Origin: Patescibacteria group bacterium
Lineage (GTDB): Bacteria; Patescibacteriota; Minisyncoccia; Phycocordibacterales; EsbW-18
NCBI GenBank assembly: GCA_038064475.1
Contig: JBBTTA010000001.1
Coordinates: 47,086-111,085 of the forward strand
Direction of reading: 5' to 3'
Length of the DNA: 64,000 nt
Shown here: positions 9,631 to 19,885 of the stretch, one piece after another
Numbering within the stretch: position 1 is the first letter of the stretch
Layout: the number at the start of each line of letters is the position of its first letter
The notes under the pieces: model-generated
Seen by the model: the letters and a program-made list of their open reading frames with translations, nothing else
Databases searched by the model: none
Told to the model about the DNA's origin: nothing
Position numbers and translations under genes: made by a program

Positions 9631-9990
9631 TTAGTCTTCGAGGATAAGGTTTTTCATCATAACAGGACGGAGACGGTTGCCAGGAAGCATACCGTAGACA
9701 GCTTTGCGAAGCACCTCGCTCATTCCTTTCGTTTCAATGACGTGTGCCATTGTTTCGTGCTTCAAACCTCCTGGGTACCCACTGTAACGAACGTATGACG
9801 TCTTCAATGCCTTTCCAGGTCGGAGTGAAATCTTTGACACGTTAATTACTTTCACCTGTGCGTCAGGAACCATGTGTCGGCGGTATGTTGGTGATTCTTT
9901 ACCCATAAGTTGTCGTGCAATTGCACTTGCAACACGTCCGAAAACTTTGTTTTGTGCGTCAATCGTAATCATATGTTTATACAAATTCAA
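9631..9990 (-). CDS. rplM: 50S ribosomal protein L13
   Basis: Starts MNLYKHMITIDAQNKVFGRVAS. Sits in an rplM-rpsI pair. Confidence 0.93.
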   Translation of the reverse strand: MNLYKHMITIDAQNKVFGRVASAIARQLMGKESPTYRRHMVPDAQVKVINVSKISLRPGKALKTSYVRYSGYPGGLKHETMAHVIETKGMSEVLRKAVYGMLPGNRLRPVMMKNLILED

Positions 9991-10333
9991 TCATAGCCAT
10001 AGGCGCAGCATCTGATGCGCGAGTTCCAAGCCGTGTAATACGTGTGTAACCACCTGCTCGGCCTACGTACTTTGGAGCAACAGTCTCAACCAGTTTCTTC
10101 GTCACACTTCGTTCGTTTGTTCCCAAGCGAGAAAGGATAAGACGTGTGTTTGCGAGTGTTGGATTCTTTGCACGTGTCACGAGCTTTTCAACGTAGGGAC
10201 GAATTTCTTTTGCGCGAGGCAACGTCGTCTTGATTGAACCGTTCTTGATAAGCGCAATCGCCAAAGAGCGCATGAACGCTGAACGCTCCCCTGTTTCTCG
10301 TCCAAATTTTCTGTTGGCGTTTCCGTGTCGCAT
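9977..10333 (-). CDS. rplQ: 50S ribosomal protein L17
   Basis: Starts MRHGNANRKFGRETGERSAF. Lies downstream of rpoA. Confidence 0.93.
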   Translation of the reverse strand: MRHGNANRKFGRETGERSAFMRSLAIALIKNGSIKTTLPRAKEIRPYVEKLVTRAKNPTLANTRLILSRLGTNERSVTKKLVETVAPKYVGRAGGYTRITRLGTRASDAAPMAMIEFV

Positions 10334-10334
10334 A

Positions 10335-11306
10335 TTATTGTTTCAATGTAATACCGTAGTTCGCAAGTGCGCGGCGAATTTCCTGCAAGCCCTTATCACC
10401 CAATCCTTCGAGTTCAAGAAGGTCCGCCTCTCGCTTGCGTACCAAACCACCAACCGTACGAATGTTTGCGCTTGTGAGGGCATTCATCGTGCGTGTTGAG
10501 AGGTCGAGTGAATCAACGCGTGTCTTCAAAAATTCTTTGTTGTCGCCTTCGTCTGCAGCACCCCCCATCTGTACATCAGGAACATCTGGTGACATTGAGA
10601 ATGGCTCGTCAATCACTTCTTCTTCAAAACCAACAATTGCTTTCAATTGCTTGATCATAATAGCGATTGACTGTTCAAGTGCGGCACGTGGTGTAAGTGT
10701 TCCATCAGTTTCGATGAATACCTTAAGACGGTTGTAGTCTGTTCGGTCACCCACACGCATGTTTTCAACTTCATATGTTGCGCGGCGAATTGGTGTAAAG
10801 ACTGCATCAAGTGCAATCGTGCCAATTTCAACCTTGTCCTTGTGCACGAGTTCTTTTGGAACGTAGCCAAGACCCTTTTCAATACGCATTTCAATTTCCA
10901 ACTTCTTTTTGTCAGTGAGCGTACAAATGTATGCGTCTCCGTTCAACACACGAACCTGACCAGGAACCGTAATATCAGCCGCAGTTACTTCCTTAGGACC
11001 TGTAACCGTAAGTGTTACGGTTTGTGCTTCTTCCCCTGTAAGTTCAAAACGAACTTGCTTCAAACGGAGCAAGAGAGACACGACGTCTTCTTTCACGCCT
11101 TCAATTGTTGAAAATTCGTGAGGAATACCGTCAATCTTAACTGTGGTAATCGCAGCTCCTGGAATTGATGAGAGAATAATACGGCGAAGCGAGTTACCAA
11201 GCGTGTGCCCGTAGCCCGGATACAAACCGTCAATCTGGTACATTCCTGCGTTATCTTTTTCTGTCACAACCTTTGGCTGTGATGGAAGATGAATTGTATT
11301 GTCCAT
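10335..11306 (-). CDS. rpoA: DNA-directed RNA polymerase alpha subunit
   Basis: N-terminal domain motif GHTLGNSLRRILLSS and a C-terminal alphaCTD. Length 323 aa. Confidence 0.95.
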   Translation of the reverse strand: MDNTIHLPSQPKVVTEKDNAGMYQIDGLYPGYGHTLGNSLRRIILSSIPGAAITTVKIDGIPHEFSTIEGVKEDVVSLLLRLKQVRFELTGEEAQTVTLTVTGPKEVTAADITVPGQVRVLNGDAYICTLTDKKKLEIEMRIEKGLGYVPKELVHKDKVEIGTIALDAVFTPIRRATYEVENMRVGDRTDYNRLKVFIETDGTLTPRAALEQSIAIMIKQLKAIVGFEEEVIDEPFSMSPDVPDVQMGGAADEGDNKEFLKTRVDSLDLSTRTMNALTSANIRTVGGLVRKREADLLELEGLGDKGLQEIRRALANYGITLKQ

Positions 11307-11333
11307 AACTCAATCAAAAATTAATTACAATTA

Positions 11334-11948
11334 CTATCGTGAATAATATTCAATCACTGAACGAAAATTAAATGCCGATGTCGCTTCATCAAGGTTCGGC
11401 TGACCTCCCACCCTCCAACCTCCCTTCTTCTCATCGAAGGCAATCCATGCGGGAGACTGGTGTTCTTTAAGCTTCTCTGCCCCAAGCATAAACAACGGCT
11501 TGCCTGAGCTACCGCCACGGATACCCACCACATCTTCAACACTCACTTGGTGTGATGGAACGCGGATGCGCTTTCCATTAACCAAAAGGTGACCGTGTGC
11601 AACCATCTGACGAGCTGCACGATGTGTAGGAGCAAGACCGGCGCGGTAGGCAATGTTGTCGAGGCGAGATTCGAGGCGTGTGTAAAGGTGCGAAACAGGG
11701 TTTCCTTTGAGTTCCGTTGCGTGCTTCACGTATGCAGCAAACTGACGTTCAGTCATACCATAGTAAAGACGGACGCGCTGTTTTTCACGAAGAGCGAGGT
11801 TGAATGCTGAAATGTTTTTCTTGTGCTTATCTTTCTTTGCTGCATTTTTCTTGCGAGCCTCTGACATTGCAAAGCGATCTGTCTGTGTTTGATCAAACAC
11901 AGCAGGTCCAAGTCGGCGTCCAATTTTGAATCGTTTTGGTCGAAGCAT
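11334..11948 (-). CDS. rpsD: 30S ribosomal protein S4
   Basis: Starts MLRPKRFKIGRRLG. Contains an S4 domain. Confidence 0.93.
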   Translation of the reverse strand: MLRPKRFKIGRRLGPAVFDQTQTDRFAMSEARKKNAAKKDKHKKNISAFNLALREKQRVRLYYGMTERQFAAYVKHATELKGNPVSHLYTRLESRLDNIAYRAGLAPTHRAARQMVAHGHLLVNGKRIRVPSHQVSVEDVVGIRGGSSGKPLFMLGAEKLKEHQSPAWIAFDEKKGGWRVGGQPNLDEATSAFNFRSVIEYYSR

Positions 11949-12041
11949 AATGTTAGTTTAGAAGTTCATTGGTTTCGTTCGCTCCGCTCTCTCCTTTGTT
12001 TCCTTCGTAACTTCAAGCGGAGCGGAACGTATACCTTAGTC

Positions 12042-12473
12042 CTACACGCGGCGTGGTTTCTTAGGTCGTGGGCCGTTAAATGGAAGCGGTGTTCGATCTT
12101 CCAGAAATGTTATAACCGCACCTGACTTTGCGACAAATGAACGGATTGCTGATTCGCGACCAGCACCAACACCCTTCACAATCACACCAACTTCGCGAAC
12201 ACCGAGCTCCTTTGCGAAATCACCAACGTGCTCACCAACCTTTGCGGCTGCAAAAGGAGTTCCCTTCTTTGCACCCTTAAAGCCAAGTGAACCTGATGAT
12301 GACCAACTAATGATATTGCCAGCTGCATCTGAGAGGGCGAGCTTTGTGTTGTTGTACGTAGCCTCAATGTGAATCACACCTGTGTCGAGGCGCTTACGTG
12401 AAGATTTAGCACCACCCTTTGCAGTGCCTTCTCCTACCTTTGTTGTTTCTGTTTTTACGCGAATTTTACCCAT
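12042..12473 (-). CDS. rpsK: 30S ribosomal protein S11
   Basis: Contains ...GVIHIEATYNNTKLALSD...GFKGAKKGTPFAA. Confidence 0.95.
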   Translation of the reverse strand: MGKIRVKTETTKVGEGTAKGGAKSSRKRLDTGVIHIEATYNNTKLALSDAAGNIISWSSSGSLGFKGAKKGTPFAAAKVGEHVGDFAKELGVREVGVIVKGVGAGRESAIRSFVAKSGAVITFLEDRTPLPFNGPRPKKPRRV

Positions 12474-12490
12474 AAACGATTTTGAAAATA

Positions 12491-12871
12491 CTACTTGAGT
12501 TCAACCTTACGCTTACCAGAACCCATAGTCTTACGAACGTTACCGCGAACAGTGCGTGAATTTGTCTTTGTGCGTTGTCCGTGCACAGGAAGTTTTCGAG
12601 AGTGGCGCATACCACGGTATGCCATGATGTCCTTCAAACGCTTGATGTTAGAACCAACTTCACGCTTGAGGTCTCCCTCAAGAACGAATTGCTCGAGGCT
12701 CTTACGAATTGCCTGCTCTTCTTTTTCAGAAAGATCGCCGGCCTTTTTCATAAAATCAACATCTGCTTCTTTCAACACCTTCTCTGCGCGTGCGCGTCCA
12801 ATGCCGTACACCGTTGTGAGTGCAAAAGAAATTCGTTTCTTATCTGGAAGTGTAATACCTGCGATACGCAT
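12491..12871 (-). CDS. rpsM: 30S ribosomal protein S13
   Basis: Starts MRIAGITLPDKKRISFALTTVYGIGRARAE. Confidence 0.95.
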   Translation of the reverse strand: MRIAGITLPDKKRISFALTTVYGIGRARAEKVLKEADVDFMKKAGDLSEKEEQAIRKSLEQFVLEGDLKREVGSNIKRLKDIMAYRGMRHSRKLPVHGQRTKTNSRTVRGNVRKTMGSGKRKVELK

Positions 12872-12967
12872 AAGTTTATTCGTTGGGAAGTTTGTTGGTT
12901 TCGTTCGTTTTGCTCACTTCTTGGTTTCCTTCATAACTTCGAGCGGAGCGAAACTGATACCTTTGGG

Positions 12968-13081
12968 CTATCCCTGTCGCTGCTTATGACGGGGGTTTTC
13001 ACAGACAACATGCAAACGACCCTGTCGACGGACAAGCTTACATTTGTTGCATCGTTTTGCTACGGCAGATTTTACTTTCAT
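12968..13081 (-). CDS. rpmJ: 50S ribosomal protein L36
   Basis: Manual translation gives [37 protein letters not shown] (37 aa). Below the ORF-track length cutoff. Canonical position between rpsM and infA. Confidence 0.9.
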   Translation of the reverse strand: MKVKSAVAKRCNKCKLVRRQGRLHVVCENPRHKQRQG

Positions 13082-13248
13082 ATATAAATGCTCTGTTGTC
13101 TGTGGCTACAAATACCGGCGGAGAAATAAAAACCGCCTTGATGGTCTCTTTCCAAGGTCGGGCTCAAACAGTACCCCCGAGGTAAGCTAGACTGAAAAAG
13201 TGTAACACAGGGCGTGGCCTTCTGCAACACCCCCTATCTCCCAAACCC

Positions 13249-13506
13249 TTAAAGACGGCGGGTAATTCGGGGCTTACCTCCGTACTCATCCAAAAGCACC
13301 TCAACTGAGTCCCCAACGAGCACACGGATGCGGTTCATACGCATTTTTCCAGAGAGATAGCCGATAGCCAGAAAGCCCTCCTCTGTCTCAGGGATTGTGT
13401 AATATTCAGGGATTACTTCTTTTTCAAACTTAAGGCGAAAGTGAGCGTTTGCGAGGGCTTCAATGACGAGTGCTTTAACGGTGATTCCTTTTGATTCTGA
13501 TGGCAT
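13249..13506 (-). CDS. infA: translation initiation factor IF-1
   Basis: S1-like OB fold. Contains ...GYLSGKMRMNRIRVLVGDSVEVLLDEY...GRI. Confidence 0.85.
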   Translation of the reverse strand: MPSESKGITVKALVIEALANAHFRLKFEKEVIPEYYTIPETEEGFLAIGYLSGKMRMNRIRVLVGDSVEVLLDEYGGKPRITRRL

Positions 13507-13507
13507 A

Positions 13508-14830
13508 TTACTCGTTTGTTGCGTCAACTATTTCGATTGTCTCTGGGTCATCGGGAAGGCTGCGGCTCCAAAATGGTTGAATGGCAATGTCTGCGTTCTC
13601 GATTGCAGGATATTCTACAAATACAGCATCCGTCATGGTGCGGCGTACACCGGCAAGATCCATTTTGAGTTCTTCTGCATCGTACGTCCAAATAATATTT
13701 GCAGGACCGGCGACGCGAATCTCAAATGTTGCTGGGATGTCCGTTACTGTTACAGGTTTTGGAAGCGTAATCGAGAGTGTACCTGTGTTTTCAAGGCGGA
13801 CACCTTCACCTTCATACGAAGCGATACGATCGTCTGCGATTGATCGAGCAAGCGCATTACCATCAATTGCAATACCCCGTGTTACTGACTTCATACGGAT
13901 ATTTACTGTTGCTTCTGTTGCACCGTCTGTGTTTGGTAGATCCTCAAACGCTACAGCAACCGTCTCAGGAAGGATGATAAAACCAGCTGGCAAATCACTC
14001 GAGAGTGATATAGCTCCACCTGCTTCAAGAAGCTCCTTAAGCTCTGTTTGGGCGCTTGCAGTAACGTTTTTATCTGCTGTGCGAACTGTACCGATAAAGC
14101 CCCCTGTCATTGTCGTTTTTGAGCGTGCGTAGAACTTGTCAAAACGAGGATCCTTTGATTCCTTGAATCCAGGAATCGTGAAGTCAGAAAGGCCAATGTT
14201 GTACTCCTCTCCTGGGCTGTCAGCAAATACTTCAGCCTCAACACTTCCGGGAACCCTCTTTCCGTCAGCACCTTTTGTCTGACCAGGAACGGTTACGGAG
14301 TCGCGAATGCGGAAAATCTTTCCGTCTGGGGTTTCAAAACGAGTGTTTTTGATGAGTTTCTGTGACGATGTGTCAAAATCGTTGTAGATAACAATGACAC
14401 CTGTCGCAGCACGTTCAATACGATCCTCACCTGTTGCAGCAACTTCTTTTGATTCCTCTTTCGAAACTTCAACGATTTCGTAAGGGATATTCTCTCCCGT
14501 GAGTCCTACCGTGCCTGTATCATTCAAGTTTACCAATGCGTGGCGAGCACCAATAGCCACGCGAGCGCCCTCGAAGAATGAGCCGACAATCAAAAAGAGG
14601 ATAACGAGCGCAATCGCCCCAACACCTACCCAAATACCGATGCGTACCCACTTGCGTTTTGTTTGTGCGCGACGTGGTGAAAATGGTGTGAAGTTATTTG
14701 GACCTCCGCCATTTTCTTGTGGCGGTACCTGTGGTGACGATGCCCCTATGTCACTTCCTGATGTTGTTTGTGGTCGATCAATTGAGATGTTTCGTATTGA
14801 TCGCTTTTCAGATGAAAAAATGTCTTGCAT
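13508..14830 (-). CDS. hypothetical bitopic membrane protein (440 aa); Pro/Gly-rich cytoplasmic N-terminus, one TM helix, large extracytoplasmic domain
   Basis: Long ORF with hydrophobic stretch WVRIGIWVGVGAIALVILFLIVGSFF. No recognisable domain. Confidence 0.6.
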   Translation of the reverse strand: MQDIFSSEKRSIRNISIDRPQTTSGSDIGASSPQVPPQENGGGPNNFTPFSPRRAQTKRKWVRIGIWVGVGAIALVILFLIVGSFFEGARVAIGARHALVNLNDTGTVGLTGENIPYEIVEVSKEESKEVAATGEDRIERAATGVIVIYNDFDTSSQKLIKNTRFETPDGKIFRIRDSVTVPGQTKGADGKRVPGSVEAEVFADSPGEEYNIGLSDFTIPGFKESKDPRFDKFYARSKTTMTGGFIGTVRTADKNVTASAQTELKELLEAGGAISLSSDLPAGFIILPETVAVAFEDLPNTDGATEATVNIRMKSVTRGIAIDGNALARSIADDRIASYEGEGVRLENTGTLSITLPKPVTVTDIPATFEIRVAGPANIIWTYDAEELKMDLAGVRRTMTDAVFVEYPAIENADIAIQPFWSRSLPDDPETIEIVDATNE

Positions 14831-14902
14831 TGAAGTTGCTACAACGTGAGTTTTCTAATAAACGTTGTACCCCTATCATAGCACGATACTATGTGGAAAA
14901 CG

Positions 14903-16117
14903 CTAGTCTTTTTTGGGGTCTGCAGAGAGTGTTTGGGCGTAGAGGGTTGCCACAGCGATACGAGGATCGAGCTTTTTGACTGCTCCAGCGGCCTTACAGA
15001 AAGGTGCCAAAATGTGCTTATTCATTGCCGTGACATCAAAAGCCGAGGAACCCGATTTTCCAAATAATTCCCCCCGCTCAAGGGTTTTTTTGAACACATC
15101 GCTTTCTTCATCGGTAATAAGGAAGAGCGCACGTGGCAAAGCGCCACTTCCAGAAAAAACCTTTACTGTTTCGCGAAGGTATCCTGCCCATGTGCTACAT
15201 GCTTTTTCAAGCGCCTGTCGAGACTCCTCTTTTATATCTCCACGGAGTGTTTCGAGATGTTGTGTGTTGAGAAGTGATTCTGCTTCCTCAGGCAGACAAG
15301 AAAGATCCTTTGCGAGGGAACGAATGATGTGTGCTCGTCCCCACGGGAACGATGCGGTATCCCGAAGAATCTCACCGCGCGCGTACGCAATATCGGTTAT
15401 CTCTTCCCCTGCACAGATAAGCAAGAAATCCTTTCCTACGGCAAATGCGTCCCGAACGGTTGAGAAGAATGCTAAAGGCAATGAGTGGTGAGAAATATCT
15501 TTTGCATGCACAAAACGATTCACAATTTCTTCAATCTTCTCTCGAAACTGTTTTTCAAGCGCACTCACAAAGAGCGTCATGGTTAATTTCTGTGTCTTTT
15601 TTCCAAAAGGAGTATCAATGTCGTATCCATTAAGCGCAATATTGGTGACGCGTTCTTCGATAACAGACATTTCTGATGTCACACGCGCTTCCGCAAGAAC
15701 GCTCGATGTCACCATATTCTGTGTTTCCTTGCTTACTGATTCTTGCACAAGCTTTTCCGTCACCACAAAAGGCGTGTCGTTCGTAATCGTCAGTGTTTTT
15801 GCTTGTGAGAGATGCCATGGTGAGGCATACACAATATGAATTTCATCAATCAATCCTTTTTGGATACGACGCGATGTGATGTGTGGCAAACCATCTCGAA
15901 CCAATGTGTCACAGGCCCCCGTAAGAGCTTCAAATACATTCTTCTCAAGTACCTCGGACCGTACTTTTTCTTGGAAGGGCAATGTTTTTTGTACTTGGTA
16001 CACAACAACGGGAGGTCGGTGTTCCATTGCCAAAGCAAGGCCGACCGTCACGGTTCCGCTTTCAATGGAGATCGTACAAATACTACGTTCAGGTTTGTGA
16101 GAAGAAAAAAGTGACAC
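14903..16117 (-). CDS. hypothetical protein with actin-like ATPase fold signatures (FtsA/PilM/MreB superfamily-like)
   Basis: N-terminal ISIESGTVTVGLA resembles the phosphate-1 motif. LICAGEEITDIAYARG resembles the phosphate-2/adenosine motif (xGGGTTDIA). Length 404 aa. Confidence 0.35.
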   Translation of the reverse strand: MSLFSSHKPERSICTISIESGTVTVGLALAMEHRPPVVVYQVQKTLPFQEKVRSEVLEKNVFEALTGACDTLVRDGLPHITSRRIQKGLIDEIHIVYASPWHLSQAKTLTITNDTPFVVTEKLVQESVSKETQNMVTSSVLAEARVTSEMSVIEERVTNIALNGYDIDTPFGKKTQKLTMTLFVSALEKQFREKIEEIVNRFVHAKDISHHSLPLAFFSTVRDAFAVGKDFLLICAGEEITDIAYARGEILRDTASFPWGRAHIIRSLAKDLSCLPEEAESLLNTQHLETLRGDIKEESRQALEKACSTWAGYLRETVKVFSGSGALPRALFLITDEESDVFKKTLERGELFGKSGSSAFDVTAMNKHILAPFCKAAGAVKKLDPRIAVATLYAQTLSADPKKD

Positions 16118-16231
16118 GGTACAAAAAATACTACATTCAGTGTAGCATTTATTGACGACGTAGCGCGAGTGAAAAGAAAGTGGATATATTTTCTTTTCCG
16201 AGCCGAGGAGCTAGGAAGGACGTCTTCGTCC

Positions 16232-18001
16232 TTATGACAAAACTGCTTTGATGCGGCGGACGCCTGCAGACGATGCTTCTTCTTTTTGAATTGAAAATGT
16301 ACCTAAATCTTTAAGTGTTTCAACGTGTGGCCCACCACAAAACTCTTTGCTGATAACCGTACCGTCGGGTCGTTCAATGAAATAAATAGACACAACATTA
16401 GGATACTTTGTACCGAATTCCATCTGAGCGCCTATGTGTTCAGCTTCTTCGAGTGGCATTTCGCGTCGTACCACGAACAATTCTTCACTAATCCAGTTAT
16501 TAACGAGTGTTTCAACTGCCTGTTTTTGTTCATCGGTCATCTTCTCTCCGTGCGAGAAGTCAAAGCGCAATCGTTCCGAGGTGATGTTACTTCCCCGCTG
16601 TTTTACGTGATCTCCAAGTACTTGTCGTAGTGCTGCACCCAAAAGATGTGTTGCGGTGTGATATTTGATCGACATTTCTGATGTGTCCCCCATACCACCT
16701 TTGAATTTTTGCTCTGCCCCAGCGCGAGAAAGGTTTTGGTGTTTTTTCATCTCTATATCCATTTCTTCTCTCAAAAATGAAAAACCTCGGGCGCGCGCTA
16801 CTTCAGACGCCATATCTATTGGCAAACCAAAACTTGCCGTCGCCTTGAACACATCAGCAACGCTTTTGATTTCCATTTTTTCAAATTCTTTGAGTCCTCG
16901 CGCAAGCGTCTCCGCAAATTTCTCACTTTCTTTGAAGAACTCTTCCGTGATGAATCCGTGGTGTGCATAGAGTTCCCTGTACACATCATGATATGTGAGA
17001 GCGACTGCCTCGACGAGGTCCTTAACCGCCTGATGCGGAATTGTTTTTGCGTCAGTATTAAAGACCGCACGACGGATGAGACGGCGAAGCACATAACCGC
17101 GATCGGTGTTCAACGGTACAACACCTTCAGAAAGCATAAACACAGCTGTGCGCACGTGATCTGCAATAATGCGCTGACTACGTACACTTGTCGCAAGTGT
17201 TTTTGAAACTTCCATTATCTTTTCAAAGATGTCTGTGTCAAAAATATTGTCTTTGTTTTGGAGCACAGCACACACACGTTCAAAACCAGAACCCGTATCA
17301 ACGTTTTTGTGTTCGAGCATACCAACAACAACGTCGTCCTTCTTGAGGTATTCCATAAACACATCATTCCAAATCTCAACAATCTTTTGATCGTTATCTG
17401 CTTTCAAAAATTCTTCTTTCGTTAAGCCGCTCGTCAACGTGCCGGTGAGATCGTAAAACATTTCAGTGTCAGGACCACATGGGCCATTTGGACCCGGCTG
17501 CCACCAATTTTTTTCAGCAGGCATAAAGTAGATACGCTCACCTTCGATACCCGCCTCTTTGAAAAGAGTTCGCCAAATCTCTGCAGATTCTTCATCTTGC
17601 GGTGCATCATCATTGCCTTCAAAACAAGTCACATAGAGTCGGTGCGGATCCAATCCAAAGCCTTCCTCTTTTGACGTCAGGAGCTCAAAGCTCCAACGAA
17701 TGGCGTCTTCTTTAAAATAGTCGCCTAAAGACCAGTTCCCCATCATTTCAAAGAATGTTGCGTGTGTATTGTCACCCACTTCATCAATATCGCCTGTACG
17801 TACACATTTCTGGAAGTTTGCGAGACGCGCGCCTGATGGGTGTTTCTCTCCTAAGAGATACGGTACCAATGGCTGCATGCCTGCAGTTGTAAAGAGAACT
17901 GATGGATCATTTGACGGCAACAAAGACGCAGACGGGATAACTGTGTGTCCACGCTTTTCAAAAAATGCTAGGAATCGTTTTCGTATCTCTTTCGAATGCA
18001 T
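16232..18001 (-). CDS. alaS: alanyl-tRNA synthetase, short form (catalytic plus editing domains, no C-terminal C-Ala/DHHA1 domain)
   Basis: N-terminus MHSKEIRKRFLAFFEKRGH...FTTAGMQPL is a hallmark of AlaRS. Editing-domain His motif HTATHLL is present. Only 589 aa. Confidence 0.9.
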   Translation of the reverse strand: MHSKEIRKRFLAFFEKRGHTVIPSASLLPSNDPSVLFTTAGMQPLVPYLLGEKHPSGARLANFQKCVRTGDIDEVGDNTHATFFEMMGNWSLGDYFKEDAIRWSFELLTSKEEGFGLDPHRLYVTCFEGNDDAPQDEESAEIWRTLFKEAGIEGERIYFMPAEKNWWQPGPNGPCGPDTEMFYDLTGTLTSGLTKEEFLKADNDQKIVEIWNDVFMEYLKKDDVVVGMLEHKNVDTGSGFERVCAVLQNKDNIFDTDIFEKIMEVSKTLATSVRSQRIIADHVRTAVFMLSEGVVPLNTDRGYVLRRLIRRAVFNTDAKTIPHQAVKDLVEAVALTYHDVYRELYAHHGFITEEFFKESEKFAETLARGLKEFEKMEIKSVADVFKATASFGLPIDMASEVARARGFSFLREEMDIEMKKHQNLSRAGAEQKFKGGMGDTSEMSIKYHTATHLLGAALRQVLGDHVKQRGSNITSERLRFDFSHGEKMTDEQKQAVETLVNNWISEELFVVRREMPLEEAEHIGAQMEFGTKYPNVVSIYFIERPDGTVISKEFCGGPHVETLKDLGTFSIQKEEASSAGVRRIKAVLS

Positions 18002-18002
18002 A

Positions 18003-19280
18003 TTAGATTTTCAAAAGTCTTTTGAGCTTCTCTTTATTTTTGACAGGACCAATCACTGCAAAGTTCATTGTACTATTTTTTAAGAGAACCTTTGCTACTG
18101 ATTGTAATTGTTTTGCTGTCACACGACGAATCTCTTTTTGTGCTTGTTCAGGAGTTTGACGTTTAAAACGAAGTAATTCAGGAATACCGTACCAATCCGC
18201 CATTGCATCAGAGGACTCTAGACCCATCTCTATTGAACTCACTGCCATTTCTTTTGTCTTCTTGAGTTCTTTTTCTGGAATCAGAATCTCTTTCAATTTC
18301 TGGACTTCTTTAAGGATAACAGTAACGACTTCTTCAAGCCGATTATTATCGACGCCCGCTTGAATGACGAATACGCCATAGTCAGTTCTTCCCGTAGCTC
18401 TGCTGTTCGCATAGTAACAAACTCCCATTTCTTCACGGAGCTTTTGGAACAATCGAGAGCTCATACCTGATCCTAAAACGCGAGCCAATCCTCGTGCAGC
18501 AATAAACCGCGGGTCATTGGCAGAAAAACCTCTAAATGCCAACAAAAAGTGTGTTTGTTGGGTCTTTTTTGGTTTAACCACAAGTGCTGGTTTTGATTGT
18601 TGTTCTTTTACCGGAGGTTTTCGAAGAGCCTTTTCTTTTGGAAGATGCCCAAAATACTTGCGTGCGAGACGTACCACATGCGAAATGGTAATACCGCCAG
18701 CTACAACAATAAGTGTTTTTGATGCAACGTAGTGTTTTTCTCTGTATGCAACGAGATCTTGTCGTGTAAGCGTACGAATGTTTTCTTTCGTTCCCAAAAT
18801 AGTTCGCCCTGCAGGTTGGTCACCGTACATAAGTTCATCCAATGCATCTCCTACGACTGATCGAGGTTGGTCGTCATACATGTTTATCTCTTGGATAACA
18901 ACGCCACGTTCTTTTTCAAGTTCTTTTGCGGGTAAAAGTGGATTTAAAAATAAATCTGCAACGATATCGAAAATATGTTCAAAATGTTTTGTACGAGCCT
19001 TTGCCCAGTAACCTGTATATTCTTCTCCTGTAAATGCGTTATTTTGTGCTCCAATCTCTTCAAATTCGTTCGCAATGACATGGGCAGTGGAACGATTTTT
19101 TGTTCCTTTAAAGCACATATGTTCGAGAAAATGCGAAATACCGTTTACTTTTTTGTCTTCATGTCCTGAACCAGCCTCAACAAGTACTTCGACAGTTACG
19201 GTTGGGTTACCTCGCATTGGAACAACCACAACTCGTAAACCGTTCGGTAATGTTATTCTGTGGGGTTTTGGAAATGTCAT
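18003..19280 (-). CDS. M16 family zinc peptidase (insulinase-like)
   Basis: Inverted zincin motif HFLEHMCF (HxxEH). Length 425 aa. Confidence 0.85.
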   Translation of the reverse strand: MTFPKPHRITLPNGLRVVVVPMRGNPTVTVEVLVEAGSGHEDKKVNGISHFLEHMCFKGTKNRSTAHVIANEFEEIGAQNNAFTGEEYTGYWAKARTKHFEHIFDIVADLFLNPLLPAKELEKERGVVIQEINMYDDQPRSVVGDALDELMYGDQPAGRTILGTKENIRTLTRQDLVAYREKHYVASKTLIVVAGGITISHVVRLARKYFGHLPKEKALRKPPVKEQQSKPALVVKPKKTQQTHFLLAFRGFSANDPRFIAARGLARVLGSGMSSRLFQKLREEMGVCYYANSRATGRTDYGVFVIQAGVDNNRLEEVVTVILKEVQKLKEILIPEKELKKTKEMAVSSIEMGLESSDAMADWYGIPELLRFKRQTPEQAQKEIRRVTAKQLQSVAKVLLKNSTMNFAVIGPVKNKEKLKRLLKI

Positions 19281-19885
19281 GCGTATGCGTATTTTTTAAT
19301 AGCCTCGAAGTCCTGCTCAAGCGTTCTCATCATCGAACCGTTATAAAGGGCTGCGGCGGGGTGATACAAAGGAATAATTGTTACCTCACCCCACGAAGCT
19401 TTCGCAGTATACACTTTGCCATGCGCTTTGCTAATGGGCGCTATTTCAAAATCGAGACCAAACATGCGCATCACATAGTCCATTGAGAAACGCCCAAGTG
19501 TTGCAATTACTTTTGGCTGAATGATATCAAGTTGACGGTTGAGAAATGGTCCGTAGAGTTTTATTTCCTCGGGGGATGGATCACGGTTCTCTGGTGGACG
19601 GTCCTTCACAATATTGGTGACGTACGTGTCTTTACGTTCAAGTTCAATCGTTGCAAGAAGTTTATCGAGTACTCGCCCTGACGCTCCGCAGAACGGCCTT
19701 CCCTGTTCTGCCTCATTTTTCCCCGGTGCTTCACCTATAAACACAATTTTCGCTTCATGACTTCCCTCACCAATGACAGGAAAGTATTTCTTTGTTGTTC
19801 GGTATTCGTACAGAGGTGACTCTTTGAACGCAATGAGTTCGTCCTTAATGGCTCGCATTAATTCTGTGCGCTTCGGGTCTGTCAT
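19277..19885 (-). CDS. uracil-DNA glycosylase superfamily protein (family 4/5-like)
   Basis: Contains GEAPG (motif A) and a C-terminal HPAA motif B. Confidence 0.8.
   Translation of the reverse strand: MTDPKRTELMRAIKDELIAFKESPLYEYRTTKKYFPVIGEGSHEAKIVFIGEAPGKNEAEQGRPFCGASGRVLDKLLATIELERKDTYVTNIVKDRPPENRDPSPEEIKLYGPFLNRQLDIIQPKVIATLGRFSMDYVMRMFGLDFEIAPISKAHGKVYTAKASWGEVTIIPLYHPAAALYNGSMMRTLEQDFEAIKKYAYA

Noticed and set aside
16190-16225. Hairpin aaggacgtcttcgtcctt downstream of alaS as a terminator.
   Set aside because: There is no adjacent U-tract on the minus strand, so it is too weak to call.
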